From assembly GCA_963739305.1 (NCBI GenBank), contig CAVTZU010000023.1, positions 32,001 to 96,000 of the forward strand: a DNA stretch of 64,000 nucleotides. The letters run 5' to 3'. Every line of letters begins with the position of its first letter. Position 1 is the stretch's first letter. Both the position numbers and the translations under genes were made by a program. The notes beneath the pieces were generated by a model. That model was not told where the DNA came from. It was given only the letters and a program-made list of their open reading frames with translations, and made no database searches. Origin of the DNA: Candidatus Bathyarchaeota archaeon. Lineage in GTDB: Archaea; Thermoproteota; Bathyarchaeia; Bathyarchaeales; Bathycorpusculaceae. Below are positions 49,199-59,702 of the stretch, piece by piece.

Positions 49199-49585
49199 TT
49201 AATCTTCCTCCTCTTCATCTTCCTCTCTGGATCGTTCACTCATTTTCTCCCGGATCTTCCTTTCAACTTGCTTACCGATATCTTCTCGTCTGCCACCGCT
49301 TCTCAGCATATCGCCTATACTTGTGAAAGTTCGCATGTAGTCCTCTGTCAACTTGACAGCGACCTCTTCGGGTAACCCGCCTGCCTTCATTTCTTTGTAG
49401 TATGCCGCTGCGGCTTTGCCCATATTTCTTCCTGCTTCTTCGGAGAAAACTGACCCAAGTACGTTTTTGATCAAGGATGGAACTTCGGAAGAAACGACGT
49501 TCAATATCTCTTTGATGTTCTCCGGGCTTTGCTCTTCATGTCTTTTTTCATGTTTCCGTTCACGCTCATTCTCATCGTCAGACAT
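49199..49585 (-). CDS. Hypothetical helical protein
   Basis: Strong SD GGAGGTGA; G..MGKA.A.YYK....GG.PEE.A..LT motif. Confidence 0.8.
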   Translation of the reverse strand: MSDDENERERKHEKRHEEQSPENIKEILNVVSSEVPSLIKNVLGSVFSEEAGRNMGKAAAAYYKEMKAGGLPEEVAVKLTEDYMRTFTSIGDMLRSGGRREDIGKQVERKIREKMSERSREEDEEEED

Positions 49586-49606
49586 TTTTCTTCACCTCCT
49601 GTATTT

Positions 49607-49795
49607 TCATGAACTGTTCAATGCTAACCTTGCATACGCCCATGCCAATTCTGGAAGAACCTGATCCCTAGCGATCTCTTCGACCGAGCGGAAAGGGACT
49701 TGCGCAACCTTGACTGATGATTTTGAGACGAGTTCCGTTATGTGAACCGTCGAACTGCTTTTGTTTGATGCAGTTTTGATGTGTCCATATTTCAT
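49607..49795 (-). CDS. Small hypothetical protein (62 aa)
   Basis: SD GAGGTGG and operon-like spacing. Confidence 0.6.
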   Translation of the reverse strand: MKYGHIKTASNKSSSTVHITELVSKSSVKVAQVPFRSVEEIARDQVLPELAWAYARLALNSS

Positions 49796-49822
49796 TTTTT
49801 TCCACCTCAGGCATCTATGGAC

Positions 49823-49874
49823 TGGTCACTAAAGTTAGGTGTTCTGCGCAGAAGTGACCACCTTAGTGATCACT
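49823..49874. promoter_or_regulatory. Candidate operator: AGTGAYCA repeats around a TTCTGCGCAGAA palindrome
   Basis: TGGTCACT 49823-30 inverted to AGTGACCA 49853-60; AGTGATCA 49865-72; palindrome 49842-53. Confidence 0.45.
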
Positions 49875-50309
49875 CTGCTCAACCAATTCATACGTAGCAA
49901 CACGTCCCGCCATTTTCAATAGAATGCCCGCATCCACGAGTTTTTTGACCCTTTCACGAATTATGCGCCTGCTGGCCTTTCCTCTCATCGCAGCAACCTG
50001 TCTTGTTATTGCAGAAATGTTCAGCTTTCCTTTCACTGCAAGGGCTTGCACTATGCACCTGGAAATATCGTCTTGGGCGATTGGTTTCTGTCGCAAGTAT
50101 TTTTCCGCGTTTTTCAACCGAGAAACAATCTTCAGCGGCTCACCGTACATACCTATGCCTATTTTTGTCAAGCGCAACGAAGTTGCCAACCCCTCAAACT
50201 CAGGCTTGTCAAGAATCAGTTTCTCCAGAAAGTCGAGTCGGCTAATTATCTGATCCAGCTTCTTGCTCAGCTCTTCAGAACCGGAGCCAGCTTTTCCCTT
50301 GTCGCTCAA
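49863..50309 (-). CDS. Coiled-coil + winged-HTH protein (putative regulator)
   Basis: DDISRCIVQAL...NISAITRQV...ASRRIIRERVKKL...GIL. Confidence 0.75.
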   Translation of the reverse strand: MSDKGKAGSGSEELSKKLDQIISRLDFLEKLILDKPEFEGLATSLRLTKIGIGMYGEPLKIVSRLKNAEKYLRQKPIAQDDISRCIVQALAVKGKLNISAITRQVAAMRGKASRRIIRERVKKLVDAGILLKMAGRVATYELVEQSDH

Positions 50310-50420
50310 AACGCTACAGCTCGAGACTTAATTCTTAGAGAGGTTTGTTATTTAACATCTTATTCCAAAATTCAAATATGTTAATAGCCAACTCAATTAC
50401 TCTTTACTACGGTGCGTTGA

Positions 50421-51098
50421 GTGGAAGGAAACGAATGGGAAAAACTCATTCAGAACTTGATTAAGGAAAGAGTTCTCCACTCCCCAAGGGTCATTGAAGC
50501 AATGCGTAGGGTGCCGCGTGAAAAATTTCTCCCAGAGAACATGCGAACGTACAGCGCTGTGGACACTCCGCTTCCGATAGGTTTTGGGCAAACGGCTTCG
50601 GCGCCTCACATGGTTTCAATAATGAATGAAGCATTGCAGCTAGAAATCGGCAACAAGGTCTTGGAGGTCGGAGCAGGTTCAGGATGGCACGCTGCCACGA
50701 TTGCCGAGTTGATCGCACCCCAAACGGCACCTCGAAGTGAGTGGGGACACGTCTACACAGTGGAGATCGTCCAAAATCTAGCCGAATTTGCCCGCAAAAA
50801 CATCATGAACGGTGGATATGGGGACCGAGTCACCATCATTTACTCTGATGGATCGATAGGATATCCTGAAAAGGCTCCCTACGACAGGATTCTCGTCACA
50901 GCTGGAGCGCCCGACGTTCCTAAACCATTAGTTGATCAACTAAAAACTGCGGGGATAATGCTTATTCCTGTTGGTAGTCTGTCTCTGTTTCAAAGTCTGT
51001 TCAAGATCACGAAAACGGCTGATGGAAAGACAAAAGAAGAGAATTTGGGGGGAGTGGCGTTCGTGCCACTAACCGGTGAATATGGGCATAAAATGTGA
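50421..51098 (+). CDS. pcm: Protein-L-isoaspartate O-methyltransferase
   Basis: VPRE.F, GQT.SAPHM, LEVGAGSG, APYDRI.VTA and VAFVPL. Confidence 0.95.
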   Translation: MEGNEWEKLIQNLIKERVLHSPRVIEAMRRVPREKFLPENMRTYSAVDTPLPIGFGQTASAPHMVSIMNEALQLEIGNKVLEVGAGSGWHAATIAELIAPQTAPRSEWGHVYTVEIVQNLAEFARKNIMNGGYGDRVTIIYSDGSIGYPEKAPYDRILVTAGAPDVPKPLVDQLKTAGIMLIPVGSLSLFQSLFKITKTADGKTKEENLGGVAFVPLTGEYGHKM

Positions 51099-51106
51099 CT
51101 GTTTTG

Positions 51107-52417
51107 CTATTGAATGATGAGCTTTTCTCGGTACGCCTCTAGATCCAACCACCCATGTCCGCTGATGTTCATGCATATTGCTTTTTCTTTGCCTGCTTTT
51201 TCAGCCTTAAGTGCCTCATCGACGCCAGCGCGGATTGCATAGCTTGATTCTGGCGCGGGCAACCATCCCTCAGTCTGAAGGAAAAGTCTCGCAGCCTCGA
51301 AAATTGATTTCTCATTCGACGGGTACGCGATTGCTCGTATCATATTGTGTTTCCTTAGCAGGCTGATAATGGGACCAGCCGCGTGGTATCGCAGGCCGTC
51401 TGCCTTGATTGGAGACATTACGGTCTTGTGGCCCAGAGTGAACATTTTCAAGAGCGGAGTGTGCTCAGCAACGTCGCCGAAATCGTACTTATACTCTCCT
51501 TTCACGAGGTTAGGTGCCGCCATTGATTGTGCCGCCAAAAACTCGCATTGTCGCTTGCCTTTCAAAACTTCGCCGATAAACGGAAGTGCGATTCCACCAA
51601 AGTTAGAGCCGCCTCCCAAGCAGCCAACGATCAAGTCTGGTTTCTCTTCGACCATCTTGAACTGTTCAATCGTTTCCAGTCCTATGACTGACTGTTGTAT
51701 CATGACGTGGTTGAGGACTGAGCCCAGACCATACACGGTGTTCTTGTGGGTTTCGGCGTACTCTAATCCTTCAGATATTGATATTCCAAGCGAACCAGGA
51801 CTCTTGGGAGTTTTTGCAAGAACCTTTTTACCGAAATCTGTCTGTTTGCTCGGAGAAGAATAGACCTTGGCACCCAGCAATTGCATTAGAGTCTTGCGAT
51901 CGCTCTTCCAGTCGTAGACGGATTTCACCCAGAAGACCACGCATTCAAGGTCGAGGAGTCGAGCGGCATAAGCGAGCGCTGTACCCCACTGTCCGGCTCC
52001 GGTCTCCGTACTCATTGTTGTTTTCCCTTCTTTCCTCGCATAGTAAGCCTGTGCGATAGCCGTGTTCGTCTTGTGCGAGCCAGTGGGAGAAAGATCCTCA
52101 CGCTTGTAGTAGAGCTTAACCCTCTTCAGCTTGAGACGGTTTTCCAAGCGTTTGGCTCTATAAAGTGGTCTGGGTCTGCCCATGTGTATGTAGAGTTCGC
52201 GAATCTCTTCCGGTATAGGAATCCATCTCTGGGTTGACATCTCCTGACCTAGACATTCTTTGATCATGGTTTTGCCGAGGAAATCCATCCTTGAAGGACC
52301 TGATCCAGGTTCTTTCGGTGGTGGAAGTGGTTCTGGGAGATCAGGCATGATGTTGTACCATTTGGTTGGAAGCTCATCTAATGGGAGAGCTATCTGATCC
52401 TTTTCCATGTTTGTCAC
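51107..52417 (-). CDS. trpB2: Tryptophan synthase beta type 2 (TrpB2), copy 2 (intact)
   Basis: [46 protein letters not shown] and SGHG. Confidence 0.92.
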   Translation of the reverse strand: MTNMEKDQIALPLDELPTKWYNIMPDLPEPLPPPKEPGSGPSRMDFLGKTMIKECLGQEMSTQRWIPIPEEIRELYIHMGRPRPLYRAKRLENRLKLKRVKLYYKREDLSPTGSHKTNTAIAQAYYARKEGKTTMSTETGAGQWGTALAYAARLLDLECVVFWVKSVYDWKSDRKTLMQLLGAKVYSSPSKQTDFGKKVLAKTPKSPGSLGISISEGLEYAETHKNTVYGLGSVLNHVMIQQSVIGLETIEQFKMVEEKPDLIVGCLGGGSNFGGIALPFIGEVLKGKRQCEFLAAQSMAAPNLVKGEYKYDFGDVAEHTPLLKMFTLGHKTVMSPIKADGLRYHAAGPIISLLRKHNMIRAIAYPSNEKSIFEAARLFLQTEGWLPAPESSYAIRAGVDEALKAEKAGKEKAICMNISGHGWLDLEAYREKLIIQ

Positions 52418-52493
52418 CGTTTCGAAGAGGCTATAGTATTATCGCTTCGAAATTAAAGACTATCGCAAGGGACTGGTCTTGAAGATCTGCGGA

Positions 52494-53528
52494 TTATCCG
52501 AACCATTTTTCCAGAGTTGTCTTTCCCTTTTCGTGAGCAATTCCCTTGTTCATCTTCTCAAGCGCCTTGCGAACACGGTCTTCCGAAAAGTCTCGTCCCC
52601 TGCACATGAAATCGACCACACCATCAACGTCGGGATCCTTCCACCGGAGTGCGTAATTGTCAGTCACTGAGGGATGAAGAAATATCTCTCTGATTCTCTG
52701 TGGTTCGACTGGAAACTCTGCGTTCTTGATGTGCGGAATCGCTTTCTCAAGGTTTCCATGCTCTTTTATCATTTTTAAGGCTGTTTTCGGACCTAACCCC
52801 CTTATTCCATCCGGATTGAAGTCTGTTCCAATTAGTATGCCCACGTCAACAAGCTGCTCATATGTTACTTCGCAGACTTTCAAAACTTGCTCCAAATCCA
52901 CAACTTCCGGTATAACCTCAACATAGATGTTTTTACTAGGCAATTTTCTCCTGCCCGAGATCGTGATGTTTCTGATGAATCTTGGAGCGCCGAAAAGCAG
53001 GCTGTCATAGTCTTGGCTTGCGCAGTAATCTGCCTCGCCCTTCTTCGTCATGTGCGCGGCTTGTGCTTCACCTTCACTGGGCGCCTGAACCCAAGGAATT
53101 CCAATCAAATCCAAGAGCGTCTTGCTGTCCTCGGCCATGTAATCCTTCAAGTGTGAAGTCGCTTGGGCATAAACGCGTGCTTCTTCAACTTTGCCTTCTT
53201 TCAGAGCACGCTCATACAAAACTAGAGCTTCTTCCTTAACCCTCTTTCTTCGCTTAATCTCAACCTCCTTAAGCGCAGGCGGAGCACCATCAAAGACGTA
53301 GATCGGCCGCATGCCCATCTCGACTAGGTTACTTGTCCTGTAAAGAAGACCGCTCAAGTGACTTGTCACTCTCCCAGAACTGTCCTTTAACGGAGTACCG
53401 TCGGGCTGACGAATAATAGCCAAGAACTGATACAATGCGTTGTAAGCATCTATAGCAATCGCTTTTCCACCAAGGTCTTCAAGCTTGACGATCGTCTTGG
53501 GCACAAGGTCGCGAAGATCGACACCCAA
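52494..53528 (-). CDS. fen: Flap endonuclease 1
   Basis: MGV start (TTG 53528), DAYN.LYQFL, EGEAQ, SQDYD, GTDFN and C-terminal PIP-like TLEKWF. Confidence 0.96.
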   Translation of the reverse strand: MGVDLRDLVPKTIVKLEDLGGKAIAIDAYNALYQFLAIIRQPDGTPLKDSSGRVTSHLSGLLYRTSNLVEMGMRPIYVFDGAPPALKEVEIKRRKRVKEEALVLYERALKEGKVEEARVYAQATSHLKDYMAEDSKTLLDLIGIPWVQAPSEGEAQAAHMTKKGEADYCASQDYDSLLFGAPRFIRNITISGRRKLPSKNIYVEVIPEVVDLEQVLKVCEVTYEQLVDVGILIGTDFNPDGIRGLGPKTALKMIKEHGNLEKAIPHIKNAEFPVEPQRIREIFLHPSVTDNYALRWKDPDVDGVVDFMCRGRDFSEDRVRKALEKMNKGIAHEKGKTTLEKWFG

Positions 53529-53638
53529 AAAAACAACCTCTTTTTCAATATTGGCAGACAACCGAGATAATAAAGTTGCGAAAACCAGAACATACAAGAT
53601 ATAAGCAAGCCTAGCAATTACACAACCACTCGCTGAGG

Positions 53639-53836
53639 ATGACCATCATGACTGAGAAAACAATGACGTTGACGATGACAACGTGCACTAGCTGTGGCAA
53701 ACCGATACCACCGGGAGCAGATGCGACCAAATTTCTCTGCCCCAGCTGTGGGGAGATTCAAATAAAACGATGCAACAAGTGTAGAAAATTTGGGCGTCCT
53801 TACAAGTGTCCAAAGTGTGGGTTCATAGGTCCATAG
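53639..53836 (+). CDS. Zinc-ribbon protein (DUF1610/COG2888)
   Basis: CTSCG..F.CPSCG..I.RC.KCR...Y.CPKCGF.GP; adjacent to EF-1beta. Confidence 0.92.
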   Translation: MTIMTEKTMTLTMTTCTSCGKPIPPGADATKFLCPSCGEIQIKRCNKCRKFGRPYKCPKCGFIGP

Positions 53837-53857
53837 AATAATCGGGAGAAAAGGAAT

Positions 53858-54133
53858 ATGGGGTTTGTAGTCGTAACTTACAAGGTTTTTCCAAACGACA
53901 TCATCTCGGATTTCGGTCCTTTGAGAAAGAAAATTGAAAGCAACCTCCCTGAATTTGTAGCGATCCACGGTTATGGCGAGGAGCTCGTAGCTTACGGGTT
54001 GAAAGCGCTTCTTGTTCAGGTCAAATTTCCCGAAGACAAAACAGGCATAGTTGACGAATTCGAGAAGAAGATCGAGACGATCGAAGGCATAAGCCAAGTT
54101 CAGACTCTGATGGTGCGAAGAACGAGCCGGTGA
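53858..54133 (+). CDS. ef1b: Elongation factor 1-beta
   Basis: KVFP...EE.VAYGLKAL pattern; size and context. Confidence 0.88.
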   Translation: MGFVVVTYKVFPNDIISDFGPLRKKIESNLPEFVAIHGYGEELVAYGLKALLVQVKFPEDKTGIVDEFEKKIETIEGISQVQTLMVRRTSR

Positions 54134-54226
54134 CTCCTGGCCGTTCCTTAAAACAGTTATGCTCAAGACATTTATATTGGAAAACTCTTCTGTTCTGAGA
54201 CGTACCGATTGTGGGATGGATTCTAG

Positions 54227-56395
54227 TTGAGTGAGATACAGTTACGCGTCGGAGACGCAAGACAAAGAGACGTCGGCAGAGGCATAGCACGCCTCGACCA
54301 AAAAACAATGCAAAGACTCGGCATATCCGCGGGCGACGTAATTGAAATCTGTGGAAAAAGAACGACATCCGCAATAGCATGGCCTGCCTACAGCGAAGAC
54401 CAAAACCGAGACTTGCTTCGCATAGACGGCTTCGCTCGGAAAAACGCAGGCGTCGCCATAAACGAGTACGTGATCGTTCGAGCAGCCAAAGTCAAACCGG
54501 CCATGAGCATCACTCTGGCGCCAGTGGACATGAGGCTGAACGTAGACGAGGATTTCACCAACTTCGTCAAGAATCGTTTGATGGAAAGGACTCTCGTAGA
54601 AGGGGACACAACCCTAGTCATGATGCTGGGACACGCTATACCGTTCACGACGACGAAAACCCGCCCTCACGGTATAGTCAAAGTCACCGCAGAAACAAAA
54701 CTCACGATACTGAATGAACCCGCGCCAGAAGGAAAAGGACTGCCAAAAACCACCTATGAAGACGTCGGAGGACTACACGAAGAGATTCAAAGAGTAAGGG
54801 AAATGGTCGAGCTTCCACTCAGACACCCCGAACTTTTCCAGAGGCTCGGAATCGAGCCTCCAAAAGGAGTACTCCTCCACGGACCACCAGGCTGTGGCAA
54901 AACGCTGCTTGCCAGAGCAGTCGCAAACGAGTCTGAAGCAAATTTCTTCTCGATAAACGGGCCAGAAATAATGAGCAAATTCTACGGAGAATCAGAAGCC
55001 AGACTAAGAGAAATCTTCCAACAAGCCCAGCAGAATGCGCCAAGCATAATATTCATCGATGAACTAGACGCGATCGCGCCGAAACGAGAAGAAGTCACAG
55101 GCGAGGTTGAAAGACGCGTCGTGGCCCAGCTACTCGCCCTTATGGATGGTTTGTCCGGAAGAGGCAACGTGATAGTCATAGGCGCAACGAACAGGCCAGG
55201 CGCACTTGACCCCGCACTCCGGAGACCTGGCAGGTTTGACCGAGAAATCGAGATCGGCGTTCCCGACAAGCAGGGACGACACGAAATCCTCCAAATTCAC
55301 ACACGAGGAATGCCCCTGGCAGATGTTGACATCAAAAAACTTGCTGACATGACACATGGATACACTGGAGCAGACCTCTCGTCTCTCGGCAGAGAGACAG
55401 CAATGAAAGCCCTACGCAGATATTTGCCCCAGATAAACCTTGAAGAAGAACGCGTCCCGCCGAGTGTTCTCGAGAAGATGCAGGTCACGATGGAAGATTT
55501 CATGAACGCGTACAAAGAGATAACGCCCACGGCAATGCGTGAAGTGTACATTGAGATTCCAACAATTCACTGGGAAGACATAGGGGGTTTGGAAGAAGTA
55601 AAGGAAGATCTCAGGGAAGCCGTTGAATGGCCATTGAAGACGCCTGAAATCTTCGAGAGGCTCGGAATCAAACCGCCCAAAGGCATCCTGCTGTATGGCC
55701 CTCCTGGATCTGGAAAGACGCTCCTCGCAAAAGCCGTGGCGACCGAGAGCGCTGCCAATTTCATAACGATAAAGGGCCCTGAAGTGTTTTCAAAATGGGT
55801 TGGCGAATCGGAAAAAGCCATCAGGGAAGTGTTCAGAAAAGCTAGAATGGCCGCGCCTGCAATTGTTTTCTTCGACGAGATCGATTCGCTTGTGCCACGA
55901 AGAGGTCTCGGTTTCTCGGACAGCGGCGTAAGTGAGAGAGTGATCAGTCAACTTCTCACAGAGATGGACGGCATGGTCGGCCTCGAGGACATCGTCATAA
56001 TCGCCGCAACCAACAGACCGGACATGGTTGACCCTGCTGTGCTCCGACCAGGAAGGTTTGACAGACTCATTTACGTGCCAGAACCAGACGAGAAAAGCAA
56101 GTTGCAGATCTTCAAGATATACACGAAGAACATGCCCCTGGCGAAAGACATTGACCTCACTCAGCTGGCAGTCTCCGCCAAGAATTTCTCAGGAGCGGAC
56201 ATCGACGCATTCTGCCGTGAAGCAGCCATGGTAGCCCTGAGAAGAGACGTGAACGCCAAAGAAGTCACTTTAGAAGACTTCAATGAAGCCAGAAAACGCG
56301 TGGGACCTTCGGTGACTCCCGACATGGAAAAATGGTACAAAAGCTTCATGCAGCAAGCAAGACAAATTCAGAAACCGGCAACGCCGGTTGCGTAG
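54227..56395 (+). CDS. cdc48: CDC48/VAT family AAA+ ATPase
   Basis: N-domain plus two AAA modules ([23 protein letters not shown]). Confidence 0.97.
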   Translation: MSEIQLRVGDARQRDVGRGIARLDQKTMQRLGISAGDVIEICGKRTTSAIAWPAYSEDQNRDLLRIDGFARKNAGVAINEYVIVRAAKVKPAMSITLAPVDMRLNVDEDFTNFVKNRLMERTLVEGDTTLVMMLGHAIPFTTTKTRPHGIVKVTAETKLTILNEPAPEGKGLPKTTYEDVGGLHEEIQRVREMVELPLRHPELFQRLGIEPPKGVLLHGPPGCGKTLLARAVANESEANFFSINGPEIMSKFYGESEARLREIFQQAQQNAPSIIFIDELDAIAPKREEVTGEVERRVVAQLLALMDGLSGRGNVIVIGATNRPGALDPALRRPGRFDREIEIGVPDKQGRHEILQIHTRGMPLADVDIKKLADMTHGYTGADLSSLGRETAMKALRRYLPQINLEEERVPPSVLEKMQVTMEDFMNAYKEITPTAMREVYIEIPTIHWEDIGGLEEVKEDLREAVEWPLKTPEIFERLGIKPPKGILLYGPPGSGKTLLAKAVATESAANFITIKGPEVFSKWVGESEKAIREVFRKARMAAPAIVFFDEIDSLVPRRGLGFSDSGVSERVISQLLTEMDGMVGLEDIVIIAATNRPDMVDPAVLRPGRFDRLIYVPEPDEKSKLQIFKIYTKNMPLAKDIDLTQLAVSAKNFSGADIDAFCREAAMVALRRDVNAKEVTLEDFNEARKRVGPSVTPDMEKWYKSFMQQARQIQKPATPVA

Positions 56396-56407
56396 GCGAA
56401 CCAGAAA

Positions 56408-56641
56408 ATGCCGCTGCCAACAAAAACGTGGAAGACACTTCCAGCGTACTTCACACTCCTTGATTTGCTGCAGAAAAAGGGCTCTTCGACAGACGCTGAA
56501 CTCTTCGAAGCGCTTACAGAAGAATTCGAAGATCTTGGTTTTAAAGACTTCAATGAACTTCTTATGCGCCTAGAGGTCAGCGGAAAAATCCGTTTGACCT
56601 CGATGTCTCGAGGAAAGAAAAGAATAGAGCTCATAACCTAA
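56408..56641 (+). CDS. Small winged-helix-like protein
   Basis: TDAELFEAL...DFNELLMRLEVSGKI; 12 bp after cdc48. Confidence 0.75.
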   Translation: MPLPTKTWKTLPAYFTLLDLLQKKGSSTDAELFEALTEEFEDLGFKDFNELLMRLEVSGKIRLTSMSRGKKRIELIT

Positions 56642-56672
56642 ATGGCAAACGCGCAGAACGTCTGCGTGCATC

Positions 56673-57899
56673 TTGATGAAAGACTTTTCAGACGCGATAG
56701 TGATAGGAGCTGGTCCTGCCGGTTCCTTCACGGCTTTGAAGCTCGCGCAGTCAGGCGTCGACGTGACCGTCTGTGAAGAACACAGACAGATAGGCATTCC
56801 CGCGCACTGTGCGGGACATCTTAGCATAAATGGTCTCAGACGACTTGGAATGTACCCGCTCCCTCCCGAGATCGTAGAAAATACGTATAGCGGTGCAGTC
56901 TTCCACTCGCCTGTGGGAAACAGTTTTGAAGTTCATCTGGATTCGCCTATCACGTGCTCTCTAGATCGTGCTCTGTTCGACAAATTTGTGGCGGAAAAAG
57001 CTCAGGATGCAGGAGCACATTACAGCTTAGATTCCAGAGTTGAAAGATTGAAAATCGAGAAGGATACCTCGAGCATTGTGATTACAGGAGAACGAGACAG
57101 AATCGAGCAGATGCAAGGCAAAATCATCATTGATGCTGAGGGTATTTCGTCGAGAATACTCCGACAGATAGGCCTTTCAAGGCTCAACCCGAAAATGTTG
57201 GTAAGGGGTATAGAAGCGGAAGTTGAAAACGTAAGAGATACTCGACAAGATGTTGTTGAGGTTTTTCTCGGAGCTGACTATGCGCCGGGTTTCTATGCAT
57301 GGTTGATGCCACAGAAAGGTGGCAAGGCAAAAATTGGGCTTGGAGCGAGAGTTGGAAACCCAAGGGAGCTTCTGACAAAATTGATGACCAAGCATCCGAA
57401 GGCCTCAGAGAGATTTCGAAACGCAAGAATAAGTCAGGTTGCCTTTCATCCGATAACGCTCGGTGGACCGATAAGCAAGGCTTATTGCAATAGATTTCTG
57501 GCTGTTGGGGACGTGGCTTCTCAGGTCAAGCCTACCACGGGAGGCGGCGTTATCTTCGGAATGACGTGTGCTGCGATGGCTGCTGAAGTTGCGAAGAAGG
57601 CTATCGACTTGAATGATTTTTCATCGGACTTTTTGAGCATTTACCAAAGGAAGATCAATGAGGCTCTCGGCTTTGACGCGAAGATGATGGTGAGAATGAG
57701 GAGGATATTGGACAAGGTTTCAGACAGAAGACTTGACAAGTTGATCGCGTTGTGTTCAAGGATTGGGCTAGAAAAAACGCTTCGAAGCGTGGAAGAAATA
57801 GATTTGCAGGCAAGTGCTCTTTTGAGCGTTTTGAAAAGCCCTCGCGTGCTTACTGCTCTTGGCTATTTCTTGTTCGCGTATCTTTTTGCGAACCCTTAA
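56673..57899 (+). CDS. Geranylgeranyl reductase family flavoprotein
   Basis: GAGPAG, C.G, DR..FD, PG.YAW..P and VGD.A..VKP.TGGG. Confidence 0.9.
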   Translation: MMKDFSDAIVIGAGPAGSFTALKLAQSGVDVTVCEEHRQIGIPAHCAGHLSINGLRRLGMYPLPPEIVENTYSGAVFHSPVGNSFEVHLDSPITCSLDRALFDKFVAEKAQDAGAHYSLDSRVERLKIEKDTSSIVITGERDRIEQMQGKIIIDAEGISSRILRQIGLSRLNPKMLVRGIEAEVENVRDTRQDVVEVFLGADYAPGFYAWLMPQKGGKAKIGLGARVGNPRELLTKLMTKHPKASERFRNARISQVAFHPITLGGPISKAYCNRFLAVGDVASQVKPTTGGGVIFGMTCAAMAAEVAKKAIDLNDFSSDFLSIYQRKINEALGFDAKMMVRMRRILDKVSDRRLDKLIALCSRIGLEKTLRSVEEIDLQASALLSVLKSPRVLTALGYFLFAYLFANP

Positions 57900-57941
57900 A
57901 ATGTTTGAGTTATAGACTGGTAGGTCAAGGTTCAGGGAAGC

Positions 57942-58304
57942 ATGTCGGATTTCAGGTACAAGCAGGTCATAGTTTTTCGTTCGGATCTCAAGCTGAGCAA
58001 GGGCAAAGCTTCGGCTCAAGCTGGGCACGCGGCGATTTCAGCGGCGGAAGAGGCGCGTAAACACAGGAAAGAATGGTTTGAGGGTTGGCTGAGAGAAGGG
58101 CAGTGCAAAATTGCGGTCAAGGTGAAGAATGAGAAGGAGCTCGCTAGGCTGGAGGCGGAAGCAAAGGAGCTGGGGTTGCCGAACGCGTTGATTGTTGACA
58201 GGGGTCTCACAGAGATTCCTGCTGGAACTGTCACATGTCTCGGCATCGGTCCTGCGCCCGTTGAGAGAGTCGACAAGATAACTGGTCTGCTTCCTCTGCT
58301 CTGA
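57942..58304 (+). CDS. pth2: Peptidyl-tRNA hydrolase 2
   Basis: KQVIV.R.DL....GK..AQ..HA and D.G.TEI..GT.T..GIGP. Confidence 0.95.
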   Translation: MSDFRYKQVIVFRSDLKLSKGKASAQAGHAAISAAEEARKHRKEWFEGWLREGQCKIAVKVKNEKELARLEAEAKELGLPNALIVDRGLTEIPAGTVTCLGIGPAPVERVDKITGLLPLL

Positions 58305-58316
58305 GTGGGCTGGGCC

Positions 58317-59702
58317 ATGCGGGTTCCTTCGCTAGAAAGAAGCTTAGGCATAGAAGTGTATGCAACACGCCCCTCCGGCATCGGCGGCGTGATCCGCCAG
58401 GACGTTGAAGACTTTGTCGTAGAAGAAATGCTGGTCGACGGGTCGATGGCTCCAACTGCTGGATACGAGAGTGTGGTTGGAAAGAGTGCCCTTGGTTCTT
58501 CGCAGGTTCACAACCGTTATTTGCTGTGCGTTTTGGTGAAGAGAAACTGGGACACGTTCATTGCGGTTTCAAACATTTCCCGACAACTTGGCATAAGCTC
58601 GGATCAGGTTCAGATAGCAGGGATTAAAGATGCGAAGGCTGTGACTGCCCAGTACGTTACGCTCGAACACGTCTTAGTGGGAGACGTTGAGAAGGTTCAC
58701 GTTAAAGATGTTAAGCTGTATCCAGTGGGTTACTTGCGGAACCCGCTTTCCACGTACTATCTGCTTGGAAATCATTTTCATGTGACGATCCGGAACATCA
58801 GACACTCGAAGAAGTTGATTGGACAAAGAATCAGAAAAATCACGGATGAATTGGAAGCGCAAACAGGGCTTCCGAACTTCTTCGGGCATCAACGTTTTGG
58901 CACAACGAGACCGATAACTCATCAGGTTGGCAGAGCACTGGTCAGGGGCGGTCTTGAACAGGCGGCAATGCTGTTTTTGGCGAAACCTAGCCTTCATGAG
59001 CATCCGAATTCCAGACAGGCCCGACGCGAACTGCGCGAGACAGGAAATTTCAGGAAGGCTTTGAGTTACTTCCCGAAGCAACTTCGGTACGAAAGGTTGA
59101 TGTTGCGGAGTCTGGCTGAGGATATGGTGGACTTTGCTTCTGCGTTCAGGAAGCTGCCTGCTCGGCTTCGACGGCTTTTTGTCGAGGCGTATCAGTCTTA
59201 TCTTTTCAACAGGTTTTTGAGTGAGAGAATAATGAGGGGTGTTCCGCTGAACGTTGCTGAAGTCGGTGACTACGTTGTGAGTGTCGAACGGTCTGGGCTG
59301 CCGATGCTAGACCTGTGGAAGACAGTGAGCAGTGAGAACCTCCACGTGATCAATCGGGCGGTTAAGGATGGAAAGATGCGTATCGCGCTTCCGCTTGTGG
59401 GGTACGGGCAGCAGACATCGCGGGGCGTTCAGGGAGAGATTGAACAGGGTATTCTTGAAGAAGAAGATGTTGAGCTGCGGAACTTTCGGGTTGATTGTAT
59501 GCGCGAGATGGGTTCGAAGGGGAGACTGCGGGCAATAGTCACTCCGGTGCAGCGTCTTGCCTTCGGTAAGGTGCAGGGTGGAGATGATGAGGATTCGGGA
59601 TGCCGGGTGGAGGTGGATTTTGTGCTGTATCGGGGTGCATATGCGACGGTGGTTTTGAGGGAGATTATGAAACCGCGAAGGCTTGTTGCGGCAGGGTTCT
59701 AG
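58317..59702 (+). CDS. truD: tRNA pseudouridine(13) synthase TruD
   Basis: EDFVVEE, AGIKD..AVT.Q, GN.F, PNFFG.QRFG and YAT..LRE. Confidence 0.95.
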   Translation: MRVPSLERSLGIEVYATRPSGIGGVIRQDVEDFVVEEMLVDGSMAPTAGYESVVGKSALGSSQVHNRYLLCVLVKRNWDTFIAVSNISRQLGISSDQVQIAGIKDAKAVTAQYVTLEHVLVGDVEKVHVKDVKLYPVGYLRNPLSTYYLLGNHFHVTIRNIRHSKKLIGQRIRKITDELEAQTGLPNFFGHQRFGTTRPITHQVGRALVRGGLEQAAMLFLAKPSLHEHPNSRQARRELRETGNFRKALSYFPKQLRYERLMLRSLAEDMVDFASAFRKLPARLRRLFVEAYQSYLFNRFLSERIMRGVPLNVAEVGDYVVSVERSGLPMLDLWKTVSSENLHVINRAVKDGKMRIALPLVGYGQQTSRGVQGEIEQGILEEEDVELRNFRVDCMREMGSKGRLRAIVTPVQRLAFGKVQGGDDEDSGCRVEVDFVLYRGAYATVVLREIMKPRRLVAAGF

